A DNA stretch of 32,000 nucleotides from Gemmata obscuriglobus. Lineage in GTDB: Bacteria > Planctomycetota > Planctomycetia > Gemmatales > Gemmataceae. Position numbers and translations under genes: made by a program. The stretch is from positions 8,790,001 through 8,822,000 of the forward strand of contig NZ_CP042911.1 of NCBI RefSeq assembly GCF_008065095.1. The letters are read 5' to 3'. Under the pieces are notes generated by a model. The model made no database searches. It was not told the DNA's origin and saw only the letters and a program-made list of their open reading frames with translations. Shown here one piece after another: positions 24,414 through 32,000 of the stretch (within the stretch, counting starts at the first letter, position 1; every line of letters starts with the position of its first letter).

Positions 24414-25115
24414 CGGTTTTGCTTTTTTCTTCCGGCGCCGGGAAGCAGCCAGCCCCTTCACCCCGACCTTGGGGCACAGGTCCGCGACCGCGCACTGCTC
24501 GCACCGCGGCTTGCGCGCCAGGCAGACCTTCCGCCCGTGCATGATGAGCCGGCCGCTGAAGTGCAGCCACTCGGCCTGCGGCACGATCTCCGCGAGCGCC
24601 AGTTCCACTTTTACGGGGCTCTGGTGGCGGGTGAGCCCGAGGCGCCGCGAGAGCCGCCCGACGTGCGTGTCCACCGTCACGCCGGGGGTCTCGAACGCGT
24701 GCCCGCGGATCACGTTCGCGGTCTTGCGGCCCACGCCGGGCAAGCTCACGAGGTCGTCGAGGTCGGTGGGCACTTGGCCGCCGAACCGGGCGACCATCTC
24801 CACGCACGCGGCGCGGATGTTCTTGGCCTTGTTCTTGTAGAACCCGGACGGCTTGACGAGTTGCTCCAACTCCCGGATGTCGCAGGTCGCCATGTCGGCG
24901 GCGGTCGGGAACCGCGCGAAGAGCGCCGGCGTGATAGTGTTCACCCGCTTGTCGGTACACTGGGCCGACAGCACGACCGCGACGAGGAGCTGAAACGGGT
25001 TGGCGTAGTTGAGGCCCTCGAACTCGGGGTATAGCGGGGCGAGGCGCTCGTTGATGGGGCCGACGCGGTCGCGCGCGGGCGCGAGTTTCGGTGCGGTCGG
25101 GTCGGGTTCGCCCAT
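24363..25115 (-). CDS. nth: Endonuclease III with a C-terminal basic extension
   Basis: FQLLVAVVLSAQCTDKRVN, HhH-GPD region LPGVGRKTANV, VDTHVGRLSRRLGL and a 4Fe-4S ligand block C..RKPRC..C....LC. About 33 residues follow the last Cys, against ~10 in E. coli. Confidence 0.9.
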   Translation of the reverse strand: MGEPDPTAPKLAPARDRVGPINERLAPLYPEFEGLNYANPFQLLVAVVLSAQCTDKRVNTITPALFARFPTAADMATCDIRELEQLVKPSGFYKNKAKNIRAACVEMVARFGGQVPTDLDDLVSLPGVGRKTANVIRGHAFETPGVTVDTHVGRLSRRLGLTRHQSPVKVELALAEIVPQAEWLHFSGRLIMHGRKVCLARKPRCEQCAVADLCPKVGVKGLAASRRRKKKAKPDSPQRAQRAQREPESK

Positions 25116-25116
25116 G

Positions 25117-25950
25117 TCACGCGGCCCTGCAGAGCGCGGGTTCGGGTTCGGCCGCCGGGGCGGGCGTGGGGGCCGCGGCGCGCGCCCGCATCTGCTCGGC
25201 TTCGAGCGGCGTGATGAACCCGCGGGCGAGCAACGTGTCCGCGTCCTGCGGGGCGCGCGCCCGGGCGCTCAGGCTCTCGGCTGCGACCTGCGCGAAGGCG
25301 CGGCGCTCGTGCGCGAACCCGGTTTCGTCCGGCACGCGGTCAGGGGCGTAGGGGCGACGTTCCCGCTCGTCGAGGAAGGTGCGCAGCTCGATCTTGGCCC
25401 GACGGGTACAAAACGCACGGTCCACGAGCCCCAGGTCGCGTGCTTCCCGACCGGACACCGTCCGGCCGGATTCGATGAACGCGCCGGCCCGCTTCCCGAG
25501 CCGCTTCCGCAGGCGGTTGCTCCCGCCGAAGCACGCGAACCGGCCCGGGAACCCGAGCAAGGTGTGCGGCGCGGACACGCACAGCCGGTGGTCACACGCG
25601 AGCGCCAGTTCGAAGCCTGCGCCCAGACACGGCCCGTCGATGAACGCGACCGTCGCGAACGGGAGCGCGCCGATTCGGGCGAGCACGCGCTGCCCGCGCC
25701 CCGCGAAGGTGGCCCGGTCGGTGACGCGCGCGACATCGGGGTGCAGCCCCGCGCAGAAGCCGAACGGCTTCGCGGAGCGCACCACGAGTGTGTGAACGAA
25801 GAGGCTGCGCTCGACCGCCCCGAGTGCGGAGTCGAGTTCCGCGAGCCGCGGCGCGTCGAGGGCGTTCACCGGGTCGCCGGGGAACGCCAGCCACAGCGTG
25901 GCGGTGCCGTACTCGCAGGTAACGCGAAGGTGTGCGGACTCGAACAGCAT
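25117..25950 (-). CDS. Enoyl-CoA hydratase/isomerase (crotonase) family protein
   Basis: ...LWLAFPGDPVNALD...VVRSAKPFGFCAGLH...TVAFIDGPCLGAGFELALACDHRL has the crotonase oxyanion-hole pattern. Its stop is 1 nt from the nth start. Confidence 0.75.
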   Translation of the reverse strand: MLFESAHLRVTCEYGTATLWLAFPGDPVNALDAPRLAELDSALGAVERSLFVHTLVVRSAKPFGFCAGLHPDVARVTDRATFAGRGQRVLARIGALPFATVAFIDGPCLGAGFELALACDHRLCVSAPHTLLGFPGRFACFGGSNRLRKRLGKRAGAFIESGRTVSGREARDLGLVDRAFCTRRAKIELRTFLDERERRPYAPDRVPDETGFAHERRAFAQVAAESLSARARAPQDADTLLARGFITPLEAEQMRARAAAPTPAPAAEPEPALCRAA

Positions 25951-26117
25951 TCCAGAATGGTGGCGGCTCGGCCGCGAGAATTCAACCCGAACTCACCGGC
26001 TGCCCTTGGCGGGCAGCATCCTGGCAGAGTGGCCCAACTGAGCAACCCGCGCTCGCACGCGTCGGCCCCCCAGTGACGGCCAACTTGCCGCCCAAGGGTT
26101 TTGCGAATCACCTTGCG

Positions 26118-26849
26118 TTACTCGGGCACTTCGGTCTTGTCGCCCGGGAGCGGTTCCCGCTTGGTCTTGCTCGGTTTGCTTGGCTTGATGACCGCGCTCA
26201 GCGGCGGTTTGGGGGCTGCGGCCGGCCTCAAGCTGTTGGCCAGCACGGGGAGTTCGGTGCCGGACGCGGCGACCGACGCCCGGAGCTTTTTCCGCGCCCG
26301 CGACAGCACCGCGCCAATGGTGTTGACCGGTACGTCGGTCTCGGTGCTGATCTCCTCGTACGTCCGCCCTTCCAGGTAGTAGAGCCGGACGATTTCGCGC
26401 TCCGGCCCGGAGAGCCGGTTGAGCAGCTTCTCCACTTCTTCCAGGCTTTCCATTCCTTTCTGAGCAACGGGGGCGTCGTCCGGCTCCGGCTCCGGCAGGC
26501 GCGACTCGCCCCGGCGGATCGCATCTTTCACTTTCTGCCGGCGGACTAGCTCGTGAATGCAGGTGCGGCGGGTGATGACCGTGAGGTAGGTTGCGAGGCT
26601 GGACTGCTTGCGGAACTCGCGCAGCACCTTGAAGTTGTTTGCGACGATCTGGAGCAGCACTTCGGCCGCGATGTCCTCAACGTCTTCCGGCCCCACACGG
26701 GCGCTACGGAGGTGCGCGGTGTACCCGATGGTGTGGTAAATGAGACTGAGGAACCGGTCCACGAAGTCGTTCCACGACCCGGGGTCACGGTTCAGGCACC
26801 GCTTGAGCAGGTCGCGGTCCACCGCGGTGAACGGGGTGTCGTCTTCCAC
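26118..26849 (-). CDS. ECF-type sigma-70 family RNA polymerase sigma factor with a Pro/Lys-rich C-terminal tail; GTG start
   Basis: Region 2 (FVDRFLSLIYHTIGY...AEVLLQIVAN...YLTVITRRTCIHELVRRQ) and region 4 (REIVRLYYLEGRTYEEISTETDVPVNTIGAVLSRARKKLR). About 55 extra C-terminal residues. Confidence 0.8.
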   Translation of the reverse strand: MEDDTPFTAVDRDLLKRCLNRDPGSWNDFVDRFLSLIYHTIGYTAHLRSARVGPEDVEDIAAEVLLQIVANNFKVLREFRKQSSLATYLTVITRRTCIHELVRRQKVKDAIRRGESRLPEPEPDDAPVAQKGMESLEEVEKLLNRLSGPEREIVRLYYLEGRTYEEISTETDVPVNTIGAVLSRARKKLRASVAASGTELPVLANSLRPAAAPKPPLSAVIKPSKPSKTKREPLPGDKTEVPE

Positions 26850-27096
26850 GGCCGATGTGCCTCAGGGAGCCTTCGAGCGGCGCATCCAACAGTATAAGCC
26901 TAGCCGGTGTGCGAACCTTACACAACCGGTCGGCGCGTGTCCTTCCGCGCCCCTATTCTACCCCGCGCCGGCGCGACCGGCATAACCGAATCGCGCGCCG
27001 CGGTCTCGGACCGCCTGGGGTCGCCTGTAGGCCGCCGGCCAGTTATTGTTTGGCAGCGTAACGTTCTGGCTGTTTTGGGGCACCGGCCACGATGCG

Positions 27097-27363
27097 ATGG
27101 CCACCCTCGACGACAACCGCGATGGCGTCATCTCGGGTGCGGAACTCGACACCCTCGCGCTCTGGCACGACGCCAACGCCAACGGCGTGTGCGACGCCGG
27201 CGAGGTGAAGCCGCTGTCCGAGTACGGTATCGTGAAACTGTCGGTGAAGTTCGAGCGCGACGCCACGCACCCCGACCGCATTGCCTACTCGAAGGCCGGG
27301 GCGACGTTCAAGGACGGCAGCACGCGCCCGACGTTCGACCTCGTACTGCACTCGGCGAAGTGA
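27097..27363 (+). CDS. Small EF-hand-like calcium-binding ORF, possibly an orphan fragment of a larger repeat protein
   Basis: DDNRDGVISGAELD is a canonical DxNxDGxIxxxE loop. It is followed by LALWHDANANGVCDAGEV, which resembles W.D.N.DG..D..E modules of large Ca-binding adhesins. Third codon positions are very high in GC. An in-frame TAG at 27028 limits the start to TTG 27046 or ATG 27097. No signal peptide. Confidence 0.45.
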   Translation: MATLDDNRDGVISGAELDTLALWHDANANGVCDAGEVKPLSEYGIVKLSVKFERDATHPDRIAYSKAGATFKDGSTRPTFDLVLHSAK

Positions 27364-27377
27364 GCACGGGCCGACCG

Positions 27378-27782
27378 CTAGCGCCGGCTCGCGGCGCGCC
27401 GCTCGCGCATTTCCTGGAACGTCATCCCGGCCCAGATCACCAGGAGCACGCCCCACTGCACGACCGGCACGAGTACGCGGTTCATACCCGGCGTCCGGCG
27501 GAACTGCGGGTCGGAATCGTACCGGTACAGGTCGAAGCCGAGCACGCCCAACCCGCCGACCGCGACCACAACGGCGACCCAAAACAGCACCCGCGAGCGG
27601 TCGGCGTGGGCGCGGCGGCGCCACGCCGCGAGCGCGAGGAACAGCGGCGGCCCGAGCAGAAATCCGAGCACGAGCGCGCTCGCCCCGGGCTGCGCCCAGT
27701 CGGTCATCAGGGCGACGAGCGCCAGTTCCCCGAGCGCCGCCGCGAGGGCGAGCGAGACGGCTTCGCGTGCGTGCCGGGTCAT
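27378..27782 (-). CDS. Small integral membrane protein (~4 TM), translationally coupled to cstA
   Basis: The ATG at 27782 overlaps the cstA TGA (27779-27781) as ATGA. It has four hydrophobic segments. No family recognised. Confidence 0.55.
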   Translation of the reverse strand: MTRHAREAVSLALAAALGELALVALMTDWAQPGASALVLGFLLGPPLFLALAAWRRRAHADRSRVLFWVAVVVAVGGLGVLGFDLYRYDSDPQFRRTPGMNRVLVPVVQWGVLLVIWAGMTFQEMRERRAASRR

Positions 27783-30166
27783 GCCGTACCATCCGCGTTC
27801 GGGCGCCGGGGCGGGCCGAGCCACACGCTCGCCCACCGCGCCGCCGACCAGAGCAGCAGCGCGAGAACGCAGGTGATGACGAAGACGGTGAGCCCGGCGT
27901 TCATGTAACCGGTGAAGATCGACTTCTCCCCTGCGGCGATCAGGTCCTCGGCCGCCTTGTGTGCGGCTCCGGTGGCGCCGGCCAGTTGCTGCTGCCCCTG
28001 TTCAACCTTCGCCCGCCCGCTGGAGATCATGCCCGCGAACTGCCCCGTCACGAGCTGCGTTCCGGCGGTGAACGTCGTGCTGCACACGAACAGCATCGGC
28101 AGCGCCGTGACCAGCGCGTACCGGCCGCGCCCGTTGTTCACGAGCCACGTGGTGACTAGCGCGAGGGCCAGCACCGCGAGGAGTTGGTTCGCGATGCCGA
28201 ACATGGACCAGATGGTGGTGATGCTGCCGGTCCACACCAGCCCGACCCAGCCCAGCGTCACGGTCGCGCTGGCGAGCACCGCGCCCGGGAGCCAGTCCGG
28301 CCGCGCCACCGGCGCATAAACGCGCCCGACGCTCTCCTGCAACAGGAACCGGGCGATGCGCGTGCCCGCGTCGATGGTGGTGAGGATGAACAGCGCTTCG
28401 AACATGATCGCGAAGTGGTACCAGTACTTGAGCAGCGATTCGCCCTGCACCCCGAGCCACATGAACGCCTGCTCGAAGATGACCGACATGCCGACCGCCA
28501 GCGTGACCGCCCCGCCGGTGCGCCCGCGGAGCGACTCCCCGCCCACCTTCTCTTCCACCCGGCCCAAGTCGAGGTGCTGGGGCGAGCTGACGTTGGTCGC
28601 GTGCGCAGGGTCGGCCGCCTCCGGCGGCACCTTGACGCCGTAGCGATCGTACACCCTGTCGAGGTCGTCGTTCCATTTGGCCTCGTGGTCGATCGGAACG
28701 TTGATAGCGTAGTACAGCTCCGACGGCAGCGCCGCCGCCGCGATGAGTGCCGTCACGGCGACCAGCCCCTCCATCAGCATGGAGCCGTAGCCAATGGTGC
28801 GGATGTGAGACTCCTTCTCCACCATCTTCGGCGTGGTGCCGCTGGAGACGAGCGCGTGGAACCCGCTGATCGATCCGCACATGATGCAAATGAACACGAA
28901 CGGGAAGATCTGGCCGGGAAAGGTCGGCCCGCCGTTGATGAACACCTCGTTCAGCGCCGGCGCCTGGAGGGCGGGGTTCGCAACGCACACACTCACAACG
29001 AGCAGCCCGATGGTGCCGATCTTCAGGAAGCTCGACAGGTAGTCGCGCGGCCCGAGCAGCAGCCACACCGGCAACACGGCCGCGACGAACCCGTAGGTGC
29101 CGAGCGCGGCGATGGTCTGCTCGCGCGTGAGCGAGAAATACGCCCCGAGCGCCGACCGCGACACCGGCTCGCCGATCACGACCGCCGCGAGCGTGAGCAC
29201 GCCCCCGATGAGCGACGCCTCGACCACGCGCCCGGGCCGGATGCGGTACATCCACAGCCCGACCAGAAGCGCGATGGGGATGGTGCAAGCGATGGTAAAC
29301 GTGCCCCACGACGAACCGGCCACCACCTGCGCACAGCCGGCGGGCGTGACAAAGGTGAGCGAGTCGGTGGGGTGCGTGTACGAAACGTGAAGGGAGCCGG
29401 TTTCGGTTATCGCCGTGGGGTCCGCCGACGCCTTCCCGGCACGCCAGTTCCCGGGTATCGGTCCGGGCACGCGCACGGCGAACGGTTCTGAGCGAGCGGT
29501 TTCGGCCCCCGCCGCTTCGTACCGAACGGAGCACCCGGGCGGGAAGTGCAGAACGGTCGCGCCCCCTTGCGGCTCGGCCCGGACGCGTTCGGCGACGGGC
29601 ACCGTAATTTGCGTCCCCTTCGGCAACTTCACCTCCTCGCCGCCGAGCGCCTTCACCACGACCAGGCCGAGGCCGGCGAGAGCGATCACCACGATAAAGA
29701 GGATCGCGACCGACGCGATGACGGCCGCCGGATAGCCGAGTTCGTGCCGGGCGATCTCGGCGATGGATTTGCCGTCGCGGCGGACGCTGGCGGCCATCAC
29801 GAGCATGTCCTGCACCGCGCCCGCGAGGCACACGCCGATGACGAGCCACACCAACCCGGGCGCGAACCCGTACTGAATGGCGAGCACCGGCCCGATCAGC
29901 GGCCCCGCGCCCGAGATGGCGGCGAAGTGGTGTCCGAACAGCACCCAGCGGTTGGTGGGGTGGTAGTTCTGGCCGTCGTTGAGGCGCACGGCGGGCGTTG
30001 GGCGGGTGTCGTCGAACGCGGCCACCTTCGCCGCGAGGAACGCCGAGTAATAGCGGTACGCGATGGCGAGGCAGCACAGCACGGCGATCATAACCGGCAT
30101 CGCGTGCAGGATTAGCCGCTGGCTTACGGGGTCGCGCGAGTACAGCGTGAGAGCGAACAGATCCAT
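27779..30166 (-). CDS. cstA: Carbon starvation protein A (CstA family peptide/pyruvate transporter) with a ~110-aa loop insertion
   Basis: YRYYSAFLAAKV...LFGHHFAAISGAGPLIGPVLA...AGAVQD...PRDYLSSFLKIGT...SGFHALVSSGTTPKM...WYHFAIMFEALFILTTIDAGTR...FGIANQLLA is collinear with E. coli CstA. 795 aa against 701. Confidence 0.9.
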   Translation of the reverse strand: MDLFALTLYSRDPVSQRLILHAMPVMIAVLCCLAIAYRYYSAFLAAKVAAFDDTRPTPAVRLNDGQNYHPTNRWVLFGHHFAAISGAGPLIGPVLAIQYGFAPGLVWLVIGVCLAGAVQDMLVMAASVRRDGKSIAEIARHELGYPAAVIASVAILFIVVIALAGLGLVVVKALGGEEVKLPKGTQITVPVAERVRAEPQGGATVLHFPPGCSVRYEAAGAETARSEPFAVRVPGPIPGNWRAGKASADPTAITETGSLHVSYTHPTDSLTFVTPAGCAQVVAGSSWGTFTIACTIPIALLVGLWMYRIRPGRVVEASLIGGVLTLAAVVIGEPVSRSALGAYFSLTREQTIAALGTYGFVAAVLPVWLLLGPRDYLSSFLKIGTIGLLVVSVCVANPALQAPALNEVFINGGPTFPGQIFPFVFICIMCGSISGFHALVSSGTTPKMVEKESHIRTIGYGSMLMEGLVAVTALIAAAALPSELYYAINVPIDHEAKWNDDLDRVYDRYGVKVPPEAADPAHATNVSSPQHLDLGRVEEKVGGESLRGRTGGAVTLAVGMSVIFEQAFMWLGVQGESLLKYWYHFAIMFEALFILTTIDAGTRIARFLLQESVGRVYAPVARPDWLPGAVLASATVTLGWVGLVWTGSITTIWSMFGIANQLLAVLALALVTTWLVNNGRGRYALVTALPMLFVCSTTFTAGTQLVTGQFAGMISSGRAKVEQGQQQLAGATGAAHKAAEDLIAAGEKSIFTGYMNAGLTVFVITCVLALLLWSAARWASVWLGPPRRPNADGTA

Positions 30167-30297
30167 GAGGCAGCGTCCGGAGGAGAGAGACGCGAACTAG
30201 GTTACCAGCATGCCGCGCCGCGGGCCAACGCCGATCAGAATTACACGCGAATCGGCCCGAGTTCCGCGAAGTCGTCGGGCAGGGCTATTGAAAGTTT

Positions 30298-31358
30298 GGC
30301 TCATGTCTTGCACGGGGTGTTGAGGTGTCGCGACGGGCGGTCCGCGATTAGGATGGGGTCATCGGGTTTTCGCGCCAGGGGCGATGCGATGGACTTCCCG
30401 CTCGGCGAGTTGATGGACGAGTCGGCGTGCTACGCGAAGCCGCGGGCGCGACTGCACCCGGACGGGTTGCGGTGCCCCCAGTGCGGCGCGCGGGAGCACA
30501 TCGGTGTGCACCGGTATCGGCGCCGCGAGGCGGTCCCGGATCACCGGTGCGACGAGTGCGGGCGGGTGTTCAACGCATTCACCGGGACCGAGCGGCACGG
30601 CACTCGGCGCCAGTCGTCGACGGTGCTGTTGTTGCATCGTCCCGGGCACCCCGACCGCGCAACGGGCTCGGGAGCTCACGTGCCGCCGAACCTCGCTGCT
30701 GGCGTGGCGCCACCCGATTCAGGCGTGGGCCGAGCACGCGTGGCCCCAACCGGCGTTGGCCGACCCCGTCACGGAGGCCGATGAGATGTTCCAGAATGCG
30801 GGGGAAAAAGGGCGCCGCCACGCCGATCCGGCCGATCCGCCGCGGGCACGGGCGAATAAGAGGCGCGGGCACGGTACGTTCGACAACGATCGCCCGCCGG
30901 TGGTCGGTGCGGTCGGCCGGGACTCGGGACCCGTGCGCCGGCGGGTCGTTGGGTACACGGATCGGGCGACGCTCGAAGGGTTCGTGACCGGGGCCACGGT
31001 CGCGGGCGCGACGGTGAACACGGACGAGTGGAAGGGGTACGGTGGGTTGTCAAAGGTGGGCCGAACCCACGCCACCGTTTGCCACTCGCCGGCCAACCGC
31101 GAGTGGGCCCGGGACGACGACGGGGACGGGGTTCGTGAGGTGCACACCAACACCATGGAAGGAACGTGGACCGGGCTTCGCAACTTCCTCCGCCCGTTCC
31201 GCGGCGTAAGCAAGTGGTTCTTGTCGCAATATGTCGCCATGCTCAAATAGTTACACAGACCCAATTTCGTTAACGACGACTTCCTCCGCATCCTGCTCGG
31301 CACCCACCCCACCGCTGATCGGCCCAAACCAGCCGACATCCCAAGTAAGACATGAGCC
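30298..31358 (+). mobile_element. IS1595-family element whose transposase is a pseudogene (one frameshift plus one in-frame TAG)
   Basis: IRs GGCTCATGTCTTGCACGGGG (30298-30317) against the reverse complement of 31339-31358, GGCTCATGTCTTACTTGGGA (12 perfect, 16/20). The Zn-ribbon N-terminus CPQCGA...CDECGRVFNAFTGT starts at ATG 30389. The frame shifts near 30636-30645 into VPGTPTAQRARELTC..LLAWRH. DDE part: EADEMFQNAGEKG...NTDEWKGY...HTNTMEG...GVSKWFLSQYVAM. TAG at 31248-31250, then homology continues (DDFLRILLG) to TGA at 31353. Confidence 0.8.
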
Positions 31359-31551
31359 GGCATGAGCTAGTTCACCACGAGGACGACGCCACGCGGGACC
31401 AGGCCCAGGCCAGCATCTTCGAGTACATCGAGGCGTTCTGCAACCGGGTCCGAAGGCGCTCGGCTCTGGGGCACGCTGCCCCAGACGAGTACGAGCGAAC
31501 GCATTATCAATCTGGCCGCTAAAACCTGTCTACTTTTCGTGGGGAACTCCA
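31359..31551 (+). mobile_element. IS3-family 3' remnant (last ~52 transposase codons plus right terminal repeat)
   Basis: It translates ...ATRDQAQASIFEYIEAFCNRVRRRSALGHAAPDEYERTHYQSGR* with the stop at 31520-31522. The end ...CTGTCTACTTTTCGTGGGGAACTCCA matches 14149-14174 at 24/26 positions. It is cut on the left by the IS1595 element. Confidence 0.65.
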
Positions 31552-31830
31552 TCGTCGAGCGGACGCCTTTCGCGAGCGGATGTAGTACCGCACCTCATCG
31601 CTCGTCTTACCGGCGACCGTGCGACTACTGACGAGCACCACGACGGACCGCAACCGGGGGCATACATCCCAGTCCCGGATCAACTCCAGGTCGTCCATGA
31701 CGAAACAGAACCGCATCTCCGCGCGCCCGTGGCTCGTTCCTTCATTGAGGTCGGTCGAGCGGCCCGCGTAGCTCGCCTCCAGGGCCAGGCCTTTCACGGT
31801 GGCCGCTATTGGCTGAAGTCTTTTATCTTA
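31552..31830 (-). pseudogene. ISAs1-family transposase internal fragment, truncated at both ends
   Basis: Minus-strand translation VKGLALEAS...TSHGRAEMRFCFV...WDVCPRLRSVVVLVSSRTVAGKTSDEVRYYIRS has the ISAs1 GHGR.E.R ... RYYI(S/T)S blocks. The reading frame runs into the IS3 end at 31551. Upstream homology is lost where GC content drops. Confidence 0.55.
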
Positions 31831-32000
31831 AATACCTTCCGCCATTATGGCAGATGGCTGACCATTGCCAGTTGTTGCCAAATCGTGAGTGACAGTGCAT
31901 TGCCACTCACGATTCGCTTGAAAATTCTGGAGTGGCAAATTTCATAATATCCTCATCGACCGTGAATGGCCTAGCCTCCAGAGCCTACCGCTTTCACTAT

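Overview
This is a high-GC bacterial chromosomal window, about two-thirds G+C by eye. It is most likely from a planctomycete of the Gemmata type. The clues are a TIGR03000-type domain, a BBP7-like porin, a roughly 500-nt type-A RNase P RNA and GC-rich REP-like hairpins; this taxonomic call is inference only.

The first 12.7 kb is ordinary housekeeping: a partial Ser/Thr kinase with a sensor ectodomain, a porin, an apgM-type phosphoglycerate mutase, a CxxC exported protein, a TIGR03000-methyltransferase fusion and a PQQ-like beta-propeller. It continues with a ribF-nifU-TIM-barrel operon, rnpB, a divergent clpS and two orphan secreted proteins.

The centre (14.6-20.7 kb, minus strand) holds the most interesting unit, a compact five-gene operon: exosortase, a Wzc-like chain-length/tyrosine-kinase homolog with degenerate ATPase motifs, EpsI, a polyprenyl-phosphate sugar transferase and a GT2 glycosyltransferase. 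No PEP-CTERM substrate is encoded in the window. The operon is pressed between IS debris on both sides. Downstream lie an ISAs1 pseudogene, an IS3 end and an IS630 pseudogene. Upstream lie an internally deleted IS66 derivative and an apparently intact ISH3-like IS with a 5-bp target duplication.

The right part carries pepT, nth, a crotonase, an ECF-type sigma factor, an EF-hand-like orphan ORF, and cstA translationally coupled to a small membrane protein. It ends with an IS1595 pseudogene, a second IS3 end, an ISAs1 fragment and a 47% GC edge.

I saw no CRISPR array, tRNA or rRNA. Many long ORFs in the supplied track are high-GC antisense or out-of-frame artefacts. All family assignments come from motif recognition by eye; no searches were run.
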